From Clostridia bacterium (lineage in GTDB: Bacteria > Bacillota > Clostridia > JAAYHZ01), in contig JBMNIH010000005.1 in the NCBI GenBank assembly GCA_050950825.1, forward strand, positions 86,688-150,687: 64,000 nt of DNA, written 5' to 3'. The position numbers and the translations under genes were made by a program. Under the pieces are notes generated by a model. The model worked only from the letters and a program-made list of their open reading frames with translations. It made no database searches and was not told the origin of the DNA. Of this stretch, positions 19,610 to 28,995 are shown one piece after another. Positions within the stretch are counted from its first letter, which is position 1. Each line of letters opens with the position of its first letter.

Positions 19610-20450
19610 CCGTGTTACAAAAAAATATGGAGGCTTTACCGCCCTTGAGGATATCTCTATCGAGTTTACAAAGGGCGTGTACGCCTTGCTTTCGCCTAAC
19701 GGCGGAGGGAAAACCACCTTGATCAAAATGCTTGTCACCCTGCTTTTTCCCACGAAGGGGGAAATCCTATGGGACGGAAGCGATATATCAAGTCTAGGGG
19801 AAGAATATAGAGAGATCATCGGGTATCTGCCCCAAGACTTCGGATATTACAAAAACCAAACTCCCCGCACCTTTTTAAATTACTTGGCGGCCTTGAAAGG
19901 TATCGAGCCCGGCACGGCAAAGAAAAAAACGGAGGAGCTTTTGCGTCTTGTATCCCTTGGCGATGTTGCGGATAAAAAAATGCGGAAATTCTCGGGCGGT
20001 ATGATACAAAGGGTCGGCATCGCACAAGCCTTGCTGAACGATCCGAAATTATTGATACTGGACGAGCCTACGGCAGGCCTTGACCCGAAGGAGCGGGTCC
20101 GCTTTCGCAATTTGATCTCGGAGCTTTCCAAGGATCGAATCGTCATTTTATCCACCCATATCGTATCGGACGTAGAAACCATTGCCAACCGCGTTATCAT
20201 GCTTAAGGACCGCAAAATCTTATGCAACGATACGCCCTCCAATATCTGCAATACGTTAAAAGGCAAGGTCTATGAAACAAGGAATACGGATGCCATCCCG
20301 AAGCCCTATTTCCCTTTGACGCAGAGGCAGGAGGACGGGTATACCTATGTTCGATTTGTTTGCGACGAGGAATGTCCCGGTCCGGCAAAGCCCGTAACGC
20401 CGAATTTGGAAGACGTGTTTTTATATGTCTTCCGAGACGAGGTGATATGA
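19596..20450 (+). CDS. ABC exporter ATP-binding protein
   Basis: SPNGGGKT, FSGGM and LDEPTAGLD. Confidence 0.92.
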   Translation: MLAVNRVTKKYGGFTALEDISIEFTKGVYALLSPNGGGKTTLIKMLVTLLFPTKGEILWDGSDISSLGEEYREIIGYLPQDFGYYKNQTPRTFLNYLAALKGIEPGTAKKKTEELLRLVSLGDVADKKMRKFSGGMIQRVGIAQALLNDPKLLILDEPTAGLDPKERVRFRNLISELSKDRIVILSTHIVSDVETIANRVIMLKDRKILCNDTPSNICNTLKGKVYETRNTDAIPKPYFPLTQRQEDGYTYVRFVCDEECPGPAKPVTPNLEDVFLYVFRDEVI

Positions 20451-21604
20451 TGCGTATTTACCGATTCGAGCTGAAAAAATTACTCTCATCCGTTGCCGTA
20501 TGGGGATTTTTAGCCGCTTGTCTTTCGGTTAACATGGCGTTTGTTTGCAATTCCCGTGATCCTTACGGGGATTTTATCGGCACCGTATCGAAGCAAACGG
20601 GATACGTTTTGAATAACGACTTTTATGATAAACTCTCGAAGCTTACGGTAGAAAAAGCTCATGCCGATTACTTGGAACGGCTAAAAATCGAGACGGAAAA
20701 TGTTGAAGATGTGTTTGAAGGCTACAATGCAAAAAGAATAGGAGAAAGATACATTGAAGCGGCGAAATTGGAAGGCATATTTGCCGAGGCCATGCGTCAT
20801 AAATACACAAGGCTGCAGAAGGTAACGGACGAAAAAGCGAAAAACGACGAAAGCCTGTCCCTTTATTTTGCAGGCTCCACATATTACCGCCATCAATTTC
20901 TTTTTAACGATTTAATAGGCGTTCTGTTAACCGAAGGGGCTCTTGCTTCCGTTCTTTTGGCTTTGCTCGCGGCAGGATACGAAGGAATTTATCGAACGGA
21001 GAATCTTGTGTATTCCTCTAAAAAAGGCCGTGAAATCCTACGTCCGAAGCTTTTCGCCTCCCTGTCGGCGGGAGTTATGTTTTACGCACTTTTGGCGTTT
21101 ATCACTTTCCTTGTCTATTTCGGTATCAACGATTTCGGAGGTATCGGGAAAAGCTTCGTGTCAAGCGTATTCAATTACAGAATCGACCTTATTGCAGGCG
21201 ATCGACCGTTTATAACGTGGCAAAGCTTTACTGTCCAAACGTACCTTTTGGCGGTGCTCTTTGTAGGGGCAGGCATCGTTCTGTGCTTTTCCTTAATGGC
21301 ATTCGGCATCGGGGTGTTTGTTCGAAACAGCTACATATCCTTTTTCCTATTCCTTATCGCCAACGCGGCAACCCTCGCGCTGCCTTTGCAAATGCCTTTA
21401 AACTCCATAGGGTATGCCGTAATCTCCGTCATTGTACTTTCGCCGGTAACGCTGTGGCTAAAGCACGGCTTGTGGTTTACCGACGGAGACATTGACATTG
21501 TATGGACGCATTTTGAAACGTTAGGGCTTTTCGTATCCCTTGTTGTTTTAACGGCTTTTTGCCTTCTTGCTCTACATTATTTCAGAAAGAGGAATTTGAC
21601 ATGA
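20447..21604 (+). CDS. ABC exporter permease
   Basis: MMRIYRFELKKL start overlaps the ATPase stop; extracellular loop plus TM helices; SSKKGR motif. Confidence 0.78.
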   Translation: MMRIYRFELKKLLSSVAVWGFLAACLSVNMAFVCNSRDPYGDFIGTVSKQTGYVLNNDFYDKLSKLTVEKAHADYLERLKIETENVEDVFEGYNAKRIGERYIEAAKLEGIFAEAMRHKYTRLQKVTDEKAKNDESLSLYFAGSTYYRHQFLFNDLIGVLLTEGALASVLLALLAAGYEGIYRTENLVYSSKKGREILRPKLFASLSAGVMFYALLAFITFLVYFGINDFGGIGKSFVSSVFNYRIDLIAGDRPFITWQSFTVQTYLLAVLFVGAGIVLCFSLMAFGIGVFVRNSYISFFLFLIANAATLALPLQMPLNSIGYAVISVIVLSPVTLWLKHGLWFTDGDIDIVWTHFETLGLFVSLVVLTAFCLLALHYFRKRNLT

Positions 21605-22782
21605 GAATTGTTTTTCATGAGATGAGAAAAATTTGGAATATACGAATACTTGGAATTATCGTTCTGCTATGTTCTTTGTATTACCTTTTATTCATGAGCT
21701 TTAACATCGTGTACTTTCCTAACGGCCATTCGATGACCGAAGAATTCGAATACAGCGTAGAGCTTCTCAATCGTTACGGTCCTACGTTGGAAGAGGAGGA
21801 ATTTATCGAATTTACGACGGAAACGCGTGAAAAGCTGATCGCCGAGATGAACGGGTATATAAAGAGCATGCCGGTATTTGCCGATGCCGGAATATTCTCT
21901 TTCGAAGATTATGAAAAAGTAAGAGAAAAACCGACAAATACGGAAGCGGAAAGAAAAGCTGTTTGGACTTTATTAGGAGAAGAATGCGATTACGTTCGGT
22001 TCAAGCTTCAAGCCCTCGATTTGATTTCCGAGCGGTATCGTAATTATCCTATGTACATGCTGCCAAGATTGATATCGGAGGCCGAGTCTTACGGAAAGCG
22101 GGAAACGGCCCGATTGAACTTCATCGAAGCGACGGAAGAATACCGAAACATTATGGATCAATACACATACGAAGACAGCGTAGAGTATTTTGTCGCCTTA
22201 GCCGTATTATCGGTCCTGTCGGTGTTGGTGCTGGTCTCCCCCCTTATTACGGGCGATCGGGCGAGAGAAATTCATCTTCTTCAATACACCGCAAAGCAAG
22301 GACGGAAAATTTTACGCAAGCAGCTTACGGCCATCATCCTTTCGGCCTTTATTCTCACGACCTTGTTGGTCCTTATCTTCGGTGCCATTTACAGCGTTAA
22401 CGGAACCTTCGTATTTTGGAACAGCGGCATAACTTCCTTTTTGAACCGGACCTTTTGGATTGACATTACGTACGGACAATACATTCTGCTTTCCGTTGCC
22501 ATGCTCTATATAATTTGCTTAGGCACGGCGACTTTCGCCTTCTTGGCATCGAGGTTCAGCCGAAACCTCATTGCCTTGATCCTGAAGTTGATTCCCGTAT
22601 TTTTCGCACTGTTGGCCTTATGCAGAATCGTTTTGAGATACACCTTCAGTCCGGGAAATTCCCTGTATCGAATTACAAGAATCATCGGAACGGAGCCTTT
22701 TGTTTGCATCCTTGTAATGATTATCGGTTTAGTCATGTCCTTTTATGTCCTTCGTAAGGAAAAGAGGGCGGATACGGTATAG
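21601..22782 (+). CDS. ABC exporter permease
   Basis: MRIVFHEMRKIW start; TAKQGR motif; same architecture as the previous permease. Confidence 0.78.
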   Translation: MRIVFHEMRKIWNIRILGIIVLLCSLYYLLFMSFNIVYFPNGHSMTEEFEYSVELLNRYGPTLEEEEFIEFTTETREKLIAEMNGYIKSMPVFADAGIFSFEDYEKVREKPTNTEAERKAVWTLLGEECDYVRFKLQALDLISERYRNYPMYMLPRLISEAESYGKRETARLNFIEATEEYRNIMDQYTYEDSVEYFVALAVLSVLSVLVLVSPLITGDRAREIHLLQYTAKQGRKILRKQLTAIILSAFILTTLLVLIFGAIYSVNGTFVFWNSGITSFLNRTFWIDITYGQYILLSVAMLYIICLGTATFAFLASRFSRNLIALILKLIPVFFALLALCRIVLRYTFSPGNSLYRITRIIGTEPFVCILVMIIGLVMSFYVLRKEKRADTV

Positions 22783-22916
22783 GAGAAAAGACCGTATGAA
22801 CGTCCCGGCACTTGTCCATAAGGCTTCCGGCCGCCCTTGTTGCAAAGGATGCGCTTAATTACCCCTTCGTCGTTGCCGTAAACATAATTAGGATAGCCTT
22901 TTATCGTGTCATACGG

Positions 22917-23480
22917 TTAGTCTCCGAAGGCATTCTCATTCTTTCGAATGTAGCATACCAATAAAGAATCGAAGTCGATTGCCCTTTTGACAAATTCATT
23001 GTCGAACTCGTCGAAAAGCTTTTCCTTGTATGATGCGGAAAAGCTTTCGACGGTTCCGTCGTTGTATTTTGCAAGCCGTTCCTCGTTTTTTTCATAGATT
23101 CTTATGGCTTCCTTCATAATACGGCTCAAATCCTCATCTCCGATAACCGAAAATCCCTCTTGTGCCGTTGATACAAACCTTTTTGTCGTATTGAAAAACA
23201 ATTGTGTTAGCCCGCCGTTGTTGATTTCATCAATAACGGTACAGCACGCATATACATACCGGCAGGGTATTGGCAAGGATTCCATGACTTCATTTTCATC
23301 GATTCTTTTCTCATTGAATTTTTCTTGCATCCGGCTCATGACGGCGGTTTTCAGATCGTCATCGGCTACGGAAGCCAATTGTCCCTTCTTGAGTGTTTTG
23401 TATTTTTCCAATTTATGAATATATTCATTCAAGCTATTCTCGATGTCTTTATTCATCTTTAAAAGATCAAATAATCTCAT
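22917..23480 (-). CDS. DMP19/DUF4375-family acidic protein
   Basis: EINNGGLTQLFFN motif and acidic C-terminus FDEFDNEF...YIRKN. Confidence 0.75.
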   Translation of the reverse strand: MRLFDLLKMNKDIENSLNEYIHKLEKYKTLKKGQLASVADDDLKTAVMSRMQEKFNEKRIDENEVMESLPIPCRYVYACCTVIDEINNGGLTQLFFNTTKRFVSTAQEGFSVIGDEDLSRIMKEAIRIYEKNEERLAKYNDGTVESFSASYKEKLFDEFDNEFVKRAIDFDSLLVCYIRKNENAFGD

Positions 23481-23550
23481 GCTTTCTTTTCCCTTCTTAT
23501 GTTTAGAATTCAAGCGTATTCCCTGCCGGCAAAATATTTACGAATCTACG

Positions 23551-25551
23551 CTATTTTCGAACCCCTACTTTGGACAAGTCGATCTTCTTAAATCCCGTTT
23601 TGAAAGCGGGAGAAGATTCGTCAAGAGTAAAATCAAAGTTTTCGGGGTCTTTAAAGCCGGGATCGGCTATGATGCTGCCTTTTTCAAGACCGTATTTTTG
23701 CACCTCGGAAAGGGTGCGAAATCCGTCTTGATTCAAGATTATCGGCTCCGACCCGTCGGAACACCAAAGAACATTGTTAGCGGAAACCACCGTGGCCGCC
23801 GTAACGTGATTCTCTCCCGTTCCGGCACCGTATCCGAATCCGTATACGGGACATCCCTTTGTATAGATAATATTGTTTTCGAATAGGATGGAAAGATGGC
23901 ACTCAAACCGAGAGACCCGAAGCATTTCCTTCCCCGCAAAGGCAAAGATGTTGTTGCGGACCGTGTTGCTCGTTCCGTAGTGTTGGTGATAACCGTTATC
24001 CGAGGTGTTGTAGCAAACGTTGTTTTCCAAAAGGATGCCGGCGCTGCCCTCGTCCGTATACAACGCCCAGCCTCCGTATTCTTTGCTTTGAATATCGTGT
24101 ATGAGGTTATTGGATACGACCGTTCCGGGCTGTGCTCCTAACAGGTATACCCCGCCCATATCGCTTAAGACACCTTGACCCAAGTTATATATATGGTTGT
24201 AGCTTATGATATTGTCGCGAGTAACGCTAGGGGTGTATCCCCATACCCAGCCGCAGGATATCCCCGTATAGTAAAGGTCGCTGATTTCGTTATGGGAGAT
24301 ATCGTTTCCAAAGGTATGCATCGCCAAGATGCCGCAAGCGGCAAAGTGCCTTCTGCCGCAACGGTTAATGATATTGTCGGTAATCGTATTTCCGTATGTA
24401 TATGTATATTCGGGAGCGTAGGCATCGCCTCCGTTGATCTTGATACCGCCTGCTCCTCCGTCGTAAAATTCACAGCCCGAAATTTTAATATTGGAACAGC
24501 CTTCGTTGACGGCGATGCCATGTAAGCCGTAGTTACGGAACTTACAGTTTTCAAAGGCACATCCCTTTGCTCCGGTAAGGCTTACGACTCCTCCCGCATT
24601 GGATACCGCTTGGGCGTCCGACGCAAAACCCTCCTCTTCTTTCTCCCGCTGCACGCCTTTGGAGCTAATGTAGTCTCCCCTCGTATAGGCGAAGGTAAGA
24701 CCGCGGAAGCGGATATTGTTTACGTGGCGTTGGTTTTTGTGATCTCCGTTTATATTCACAAGGGTTGCGGTAACCGGTGCGTAAGCTTCGATACGGTCCA
24801 AGGCTTCTTCATCGCTTCGCGGGATGTAATAGAGCATGCCGGAGGGGCGGTCCAAGTACCATTCTCCCGGGTTCTTAAACTGTTCGGCAACGTTTTCGAT
24901 ATAGTAGCCGATGTTGCCGTGGATTTCAAAACGAGATCGGTATTTTAGCGTAAGCCGCCCCGTTTCTTTGTCATAGCTTTCGATGGGAGAATGCTCGTCG
25001 ATCCAATAGTGGCAGAAGCTTACAATGCAGTCGTTTATGTTTTTAAAATCCTTTATGTCTTCTTTTTTGGCGATGAACCATTTCGAGCCTGCAAACAGTT
25101 CTCTTCCGGGTACCTCTTCCCCCAACTTATACAGATATCCTTGGTCCGGATAACGTGTCAGGGACGCACGAAGGCCGTTTACGTACAAGTCGGTAAAGTA
25201 CCAAGTGCCGTTTTTAACTTCTTCGATATAGGCGGCGTAACACGGAACTCCGTTGAATACGGACGGCTCAAAACCGGTAATTTTTTTGCCGCCGCTTATG
25301 ATAACAGGCGATTCGTCGTAAGGTTCAACGGTGACGCTGTACACAGGGTTTGAAATCGTCAAAGGAGACGACATCAAGTATTCGCCGCCCATCATACGGA
25401 TGACGATAGGCTGCAGCATCCCTCCTCCCCGCATTTCCTCTACAACCCGAAAAGCCGCATTTAAACCGGAAAGCGGCCTAACCTGCGAATATCCGTCGCC
25501 TTTTCCGTCGGGGGATACATAAAGAACGGTAATCTCATGGTATCTTCTCAT
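23551..25551 (-). CDS. Right-handed beta-helix glycan-active enzyme (GH141/pectate-lyase-like fold), no signal peptide
   Basis: LYVSPDG, ISGG, NPGEWYLD, DMGGVYLLG and YGGWALYTDEGS; Asn-ladder repeats. Confidence 0.8.
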   Translation of the reverse strand: MRRYHEITVLYVSPDGKGDGYSQVRPLSGLNAAFRVVEEMRGGGMLQPIVIRMMGGEYLMSSPLTISNPVYSVTVEPYDESPVIISGGKKITGFEPSVFNGVPCYAAYIEEVKNGTWYFTDLYVNGLRASLTRYPDQGYLYKLGEEVPGRELFAGSKWFIAKKEDIKDFKNINDCIVSFCHYWIDEHSPIESYDKETGRLTLKYRSRFEIHGNIGYYIENVAEQFKNPGEWYLDRPSGMLYYIPRSDEEALDRIEAYAPVTATLVNINGDHKNQRHVNNIRFRGLTFAYTRGDYISSKGVQREKEEEGFASDAQAVSNAGGVVSLTGAKGCAFENCKFRNYGLHGIAVNEGCSNIKISGCEFYDGGAGGIKINGGDAYAPEYTYTYGNTITDNIINRCGRRHFAACGILAMHTFGNDISHNEISDLYYTGISCGWVWGYTPSVTRDNIISYNHIYNLGQGVLSDMGGVYLLGAQPGTVVSNNLIHDIQSKEYGGWALYTDEGSAGILLENNVCYNTSDNGYHQHYGTSNTVRNNIFAFAGKEMLRVSRFECHLSILFENNIIYTKGCPVYGFGYGAGTGENHVTAATVVSANNVLWCSDGSEPIILNQDGFRTLSEVQKYGLEKGSIIADPGFKDPENFDFTLDESSPAFKTGFKKIDLSKVGVRK

Positions 25552-25611
25552 AATGCATTACACCTCCATAAACCGTGAAAGTTGTTTTATGAATGAAGCA
25601 TGAAAATATAC

Positions 25612-26337
25612 TTAAAAATATCCTTCCAATACATCGGCAAATCGTTGAATCACCCTATTGTCGATAGATCTGTCTTCTTTTGAATAACGAAAAGGCTTCT
25701 TTCGGATTTGCAAAGCTTTTTGCAGCATATCCTTGTCGGGGCAAAGGCTTTGTTCCAAAGCCCATTCTCCCGCTTTTGTTTTGGAAATGATTTTCCCGGT
25801 ACGTAAGGTATATATCCCGCGGGCAATATCCAAAAGCCATCCTACCTCTTCACCGTATTTTCGTGCCGCTTGGACATGCAATCGAATATCCTCACGCATT
25901 TGTTCGTATGAGGGGTACGTCATTTTAGGACGGATATCGGATCCGTATAGCACAACTCCGTAATCCAACAGATCCGCCGTACTGAGGCTGTTGAATATGT
26001 AGCTGTCGACGATTCGCTGCCCCCTTGTCCCCCAATAGACCGTCCTTTCTTTTTTCTTCTCCAAAAAAGCATCCAACGAAAGCATGCCGCCTTCAAACAG
26101 ACGAAAATAGGGGTTTTCGGGATAGCGTTCCTGCAGCCTCTGGCGAAGATGAACCAAGCCTTCCGCTTGTTGTTCGGTGATTTCACGATCGGTAAGGACG
26201 AGAATATCGATATCGCTCCAACCGAGCTTAAAATCACCGGTTGCAACGGAACCGTAAAGATAAATAGACGGATTATGATCTCCAAGAATCGAAAGAATTT
26301 CATTTATCATTATTTCCATTGCTTCCCTCAAGATCAT
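25612..26337 (-). CDS. Nucleotidyltransferase with AadA/DUF4111-like C-terminus (aminoglycoside adenylyltransferase-like)
   Basis: YLYGSVATGDF...SDIDIL pol-beta motif; YTLRTGKIISKTKAGEWAL. Confidence 0.75.
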   Translation of the reverse strand: MILREAMEIMINEILSILGDHNPSIYLYGSVATGDFKLGWSDIDILVLTDREITEQQAEGLVHLRQRLQERYPENPYFRLFEGGMLSLDAFLEKKKERTVYWGTRGQRIVDSYIFNSLSTADLLDYGVVLYGSDIRPKMTYPSYEQMREDIRLHVQAARKYGEEVGWLLDIARGIYTLRTGKIISKTKAGEWALEQSLCPDKDMLQKALQIRKKPFRYSKEDRSIDNRVIQRFADVLEGYF

Positions 26338-26366
26338 AACCCGTCTCCTATTATGTTCAACAATCT

Positions 26367-27017
26367 CTACGATATTATCTTTTTAAGCTGACTCCAAATC
26401 GTTCCATACGCTTCTTCGGCCGACCCTTGTTCTTCGGCAAGCTTTTGCAAGACGCCTTTTTTAAATAGCTCTCTTCCCGCAAGGACGCCCTGCGGGCAGT
26501 CGAGAGTCATTTGGGAAAGTATATGCTCGTAGCGGTTAATGCTTTTATCCAATTCGAAATAGGTATGCAAGGCGATTTGTACGGCTTCCAAGATGTCATG
26601 GGGACCTTCGATTTGGATGTTTTTCGATTTTACATAATCGCTGTGCTCCGTATACCGTGCCGCGCCTGCGTAACGGTCCCGTGCCGCATATTTACAATGC
26701 CGAACATTCCCCATTACAATGGCACCGAAGCAAAGGATGCAGGGCTCGGTTGTGGTATAGAGGGTATAGGCTCGTATGTTCGGATGCTCTTTTCGTTTCA
26801 ATTGGACAATGGCATTGATTTCCGCGTGAGCAAGGTTGTTTCCGTATAGGGCCGGTCCTTCGCCTTGCTCGATATAAACCATGTTTTGTCCGGACGAAAC
26901 GAGATTCCCGTTTTCATCGAATATGGCGGCTCCTACGGGAATCGTACCGGAGCAAAAAGCCTCCCAGGCTTTTGTAAAAGCCGTTTGCCACCCGCACTCA
27001 AGGTCTTGCCAAGTCAC
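26367..27017 (-). CDS. Zn-dependent nucleoside/nucleotide deaminase
   Basis: IPVGAAI, HAEINA and EPCILC motifs. Confidence 0.88.
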   Translation of the reverse strand: MTWQDLECGWQTAFTKAWEAFCSGTIPVGAAIFDENGNLVSSGQNMVYIEQGEGPALYGNNLAHAEINAIVQLKRKEHPNIRAYTLYTTTEPCILCFGAIVMGNVRHCKYAARDRYAGAARYTEHSDYVKSKNIQIEGPHDILEAVQIALHTYFELDKSINRYEHILSQMTLDCPQGVLAGRELFKKGVLQKLAEEQGSAEEAYGTIWSQLKKIIS

Positions 27018-27021
27018 TTGA

Positions 27022-28875
27022 TTACTCCTTTAACTCGATTTTATATACCTTCGGCCCTCCGCAGTAATAGACGGCATCGTCGGTTACGGCTATACCGGAT
27101 GTTGCCGCATAAGGAAGCTTTGCGGCACATTGTACCGTGTAATTCGAAGGATCGATTGCAAGCAAGGCTCCGGACAGCAACAGATAAATCACCCCGTGCT
27201 TATACGTCATACCCTGCCTTACGACCCCGCCGTAGCTACGAAGGTCTTCTTGGTAAAGCACTCTTTGTGTTTTGTAGTCGTATACAAAATAGGTACAAGC
27301 GGAATTGATTCCGAAAACAACGTCCCCTACCCTTACCATATGGGCAATTTCGGGCACGCCCTTGAAGGGGTATGCAACGTTGCATATTTCCAACGTATTC
27401 GGATTGAACTCAAAGATGGCCGCCGTATCGTATACCGGTGTGCCTCCTCCGGGCGCCAAAACCGTTGATCCGCACAAAACGTTGCCGGAAGGAAGCTCCG
27501 TCATGGCCAAGATGCCGTGGTATTTTAAAAGCTCTTCGTTTTCAATGATACGGGAATAGCGGGATTTGACGTCATAGATCACCATTCCGCCTCCTACCAC
27601 GCCATAGCCTCCGTAACCGCTGAAAAGGCATGTTCTTCCGTCGGACAAAGCAAGAGCCGATCGGGGTCGGTGTATGGCTTCCGCCTTTGCTTCCTGCTTC
27701 GGGCTTACATTGACAGCGTCATTGACAATTCCTCGTTTGGTATCGATACGGTAGATGTATCCTCCGGAATAGGCGGCACCCGCCAAGATATCTCCTTGGT
27801 AGCAGTAGCAGCAAATATTGCCTACGCCTTTTCCGATGGATTTGATGCCGTGGTCCGTTATTTTATCCGTTTTCGGATCAACGGTGAATATGTTCATGGG
27901 GTGGTTCGTGGTACCGTATATGATACCGTCCGGTCCTAGCGTGATGGGGGAGCAGTTGGCGCCTTCGCAGTCGTAAGCAAAGCTTACCGTTTTCGTTTCA
28001 CCGGTATCGGCGTCCTTGTATGAAAAGGTTTTCGCAGGATAATCCATAGACTCGAGAATCGGCGCATTGTCAAAAGGAACATGAAGCCCCCACGGGTAGC
28101 CGCTTTGATAATAATGGGAAACGGAATCCGTTTTTTCTATGATTTCTCCGTTATCAAGTATGTACCAATGTCCGAGGTGCTCTCCGTCGGCTTCGGTTTT
28201 TCCGTCTACGGTCACTCTTGCCGCTACCTTACCGTCTTTGGTTTTATACACCTCCGCATGTCCGGTTCCCGGCATACGGGGGAATATGAATTTTTTCTCC
28301 CCTGTTTCGATATGAAACGCCACCACGTTCACTTCCGCCGTTCCGATAGCGTTATATATCCGGCCCGAAGAATCCGCCGCTTGGGAGAAGCAATATTTCT
28401 GAACCTCGTCGATGATTCCTAAGTTCTTGATCTTCTTCGTTAAAGGATCAAAGGAATACAAATAGAGGACAGGGTACCCGGCAAAATAGATGTTGCCGTT
28501 GTCGTCTTCGCAAAATCCCCATCCGATAAGAGACATCCCCGCGTCGTTGACACGAATGACGGCGGTGTATTTCTTTAATACCGGATCGAACTCGTAGAAA
28601 TAGGCATTGGCACCCGTATAGAATTTCCCTGCCTTCGATGCAAAGCATTTAAAGGGTGCCCCGGATAGGTTGTTCTCGAAAATATGCTGTGAAGAGGTGC
28701 CTTTTTCAAAGTCATAGCACACCAAAAATCCTAAAGAAGGAAAAACTCCGTAGAATTTGCTGTCCGAGCCTTTAAGAATGGCTCCGGAGCGGGCCTCCGC
28801 CGTGTTGGATGCGATTCCTAAGCATTGAATCCGAACATGTCCTAAAGCGTTGATTTGCTTTTCATCCCCTGCCAT
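27022..28875 (-). CDS. Beta-propeller protein, signal-less paralog of 30085-32163
   Basis: Repeated blade motifs (YSFDPLT, LGPDGIIYG); start MAGDEKQ after a GGGAGG RBS; long near-identical blocks shared with 30085-32163. Confidence 0.72.
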   Translation of the reverse strand: MAGDEKQINALGHVRIQCLGIASNTAEARSGAILKGSDSKFYGVFPSLGFLVCYDFEKGTSSQHIFENNLSGAPFKCFASKAGKFYTGANAYFYEFDPVLKKYTAVIRVNDAGMSLIGWGFCEDDNGNIYFAGYPVLYLYSFDPLTKKIKNLGIIDEVQKYCFSQAADSSGRIYNAIGTAEVNVVAFHIETGEKKFIFPRMPGTGHAEVYKTKDGKVAARVTVDGKTEADGEHLGHWYILDNGEIIEKTDSVSHYYQSGYPWGLHVPFDNAPILESMDYPAKTFSYKDADTGETKTVSFAYDCEGANCSPITLGPDGIIYGTTNHPMNIFTVDPKTDKITDHGIKSIGKGVGNICCYCYQGDILAGAAYSGGYIYRIDTKRGIVNDAVNVSPKQEAKAEAIHRPRSALALSDGRTCLFSGYGGYGVVGGGMVIYDVKSRYSRIIENEELLKYHGILAMTELPSGNVLCGSTVLAPGGGTPVYDTAAIFEFNPNTLEICNVAYPFKGVPEIAHMVRVGDVVFGINSACTYFVYDYKTQRVLYQEDLRSYGGVVRQGMTYKHGVIYLLLSGALLAIDPSNYTVQCAAKLPYAATSGIAVTDDAVYYCGGPKVYKIELKE

Positions 28876-28995
28876 ACCGTCGTAACCTCCCGTGAAGTTA
28901 TGCAATAATTATACCATAGTCTTACATAGAAAAATTCGGAACGATGCGCAAAATATTGTATACTTAAAATATCAATAGAGGGGAGTTGTAAAAAG

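Noticed and set aside
26367-27017. tadA (tRNA adenosine deaminase)
   Set aside because: Has the deaminase motifs but carries a long C-terminal extension and lacks clear TadA-specific features, so no symbol was assigned.
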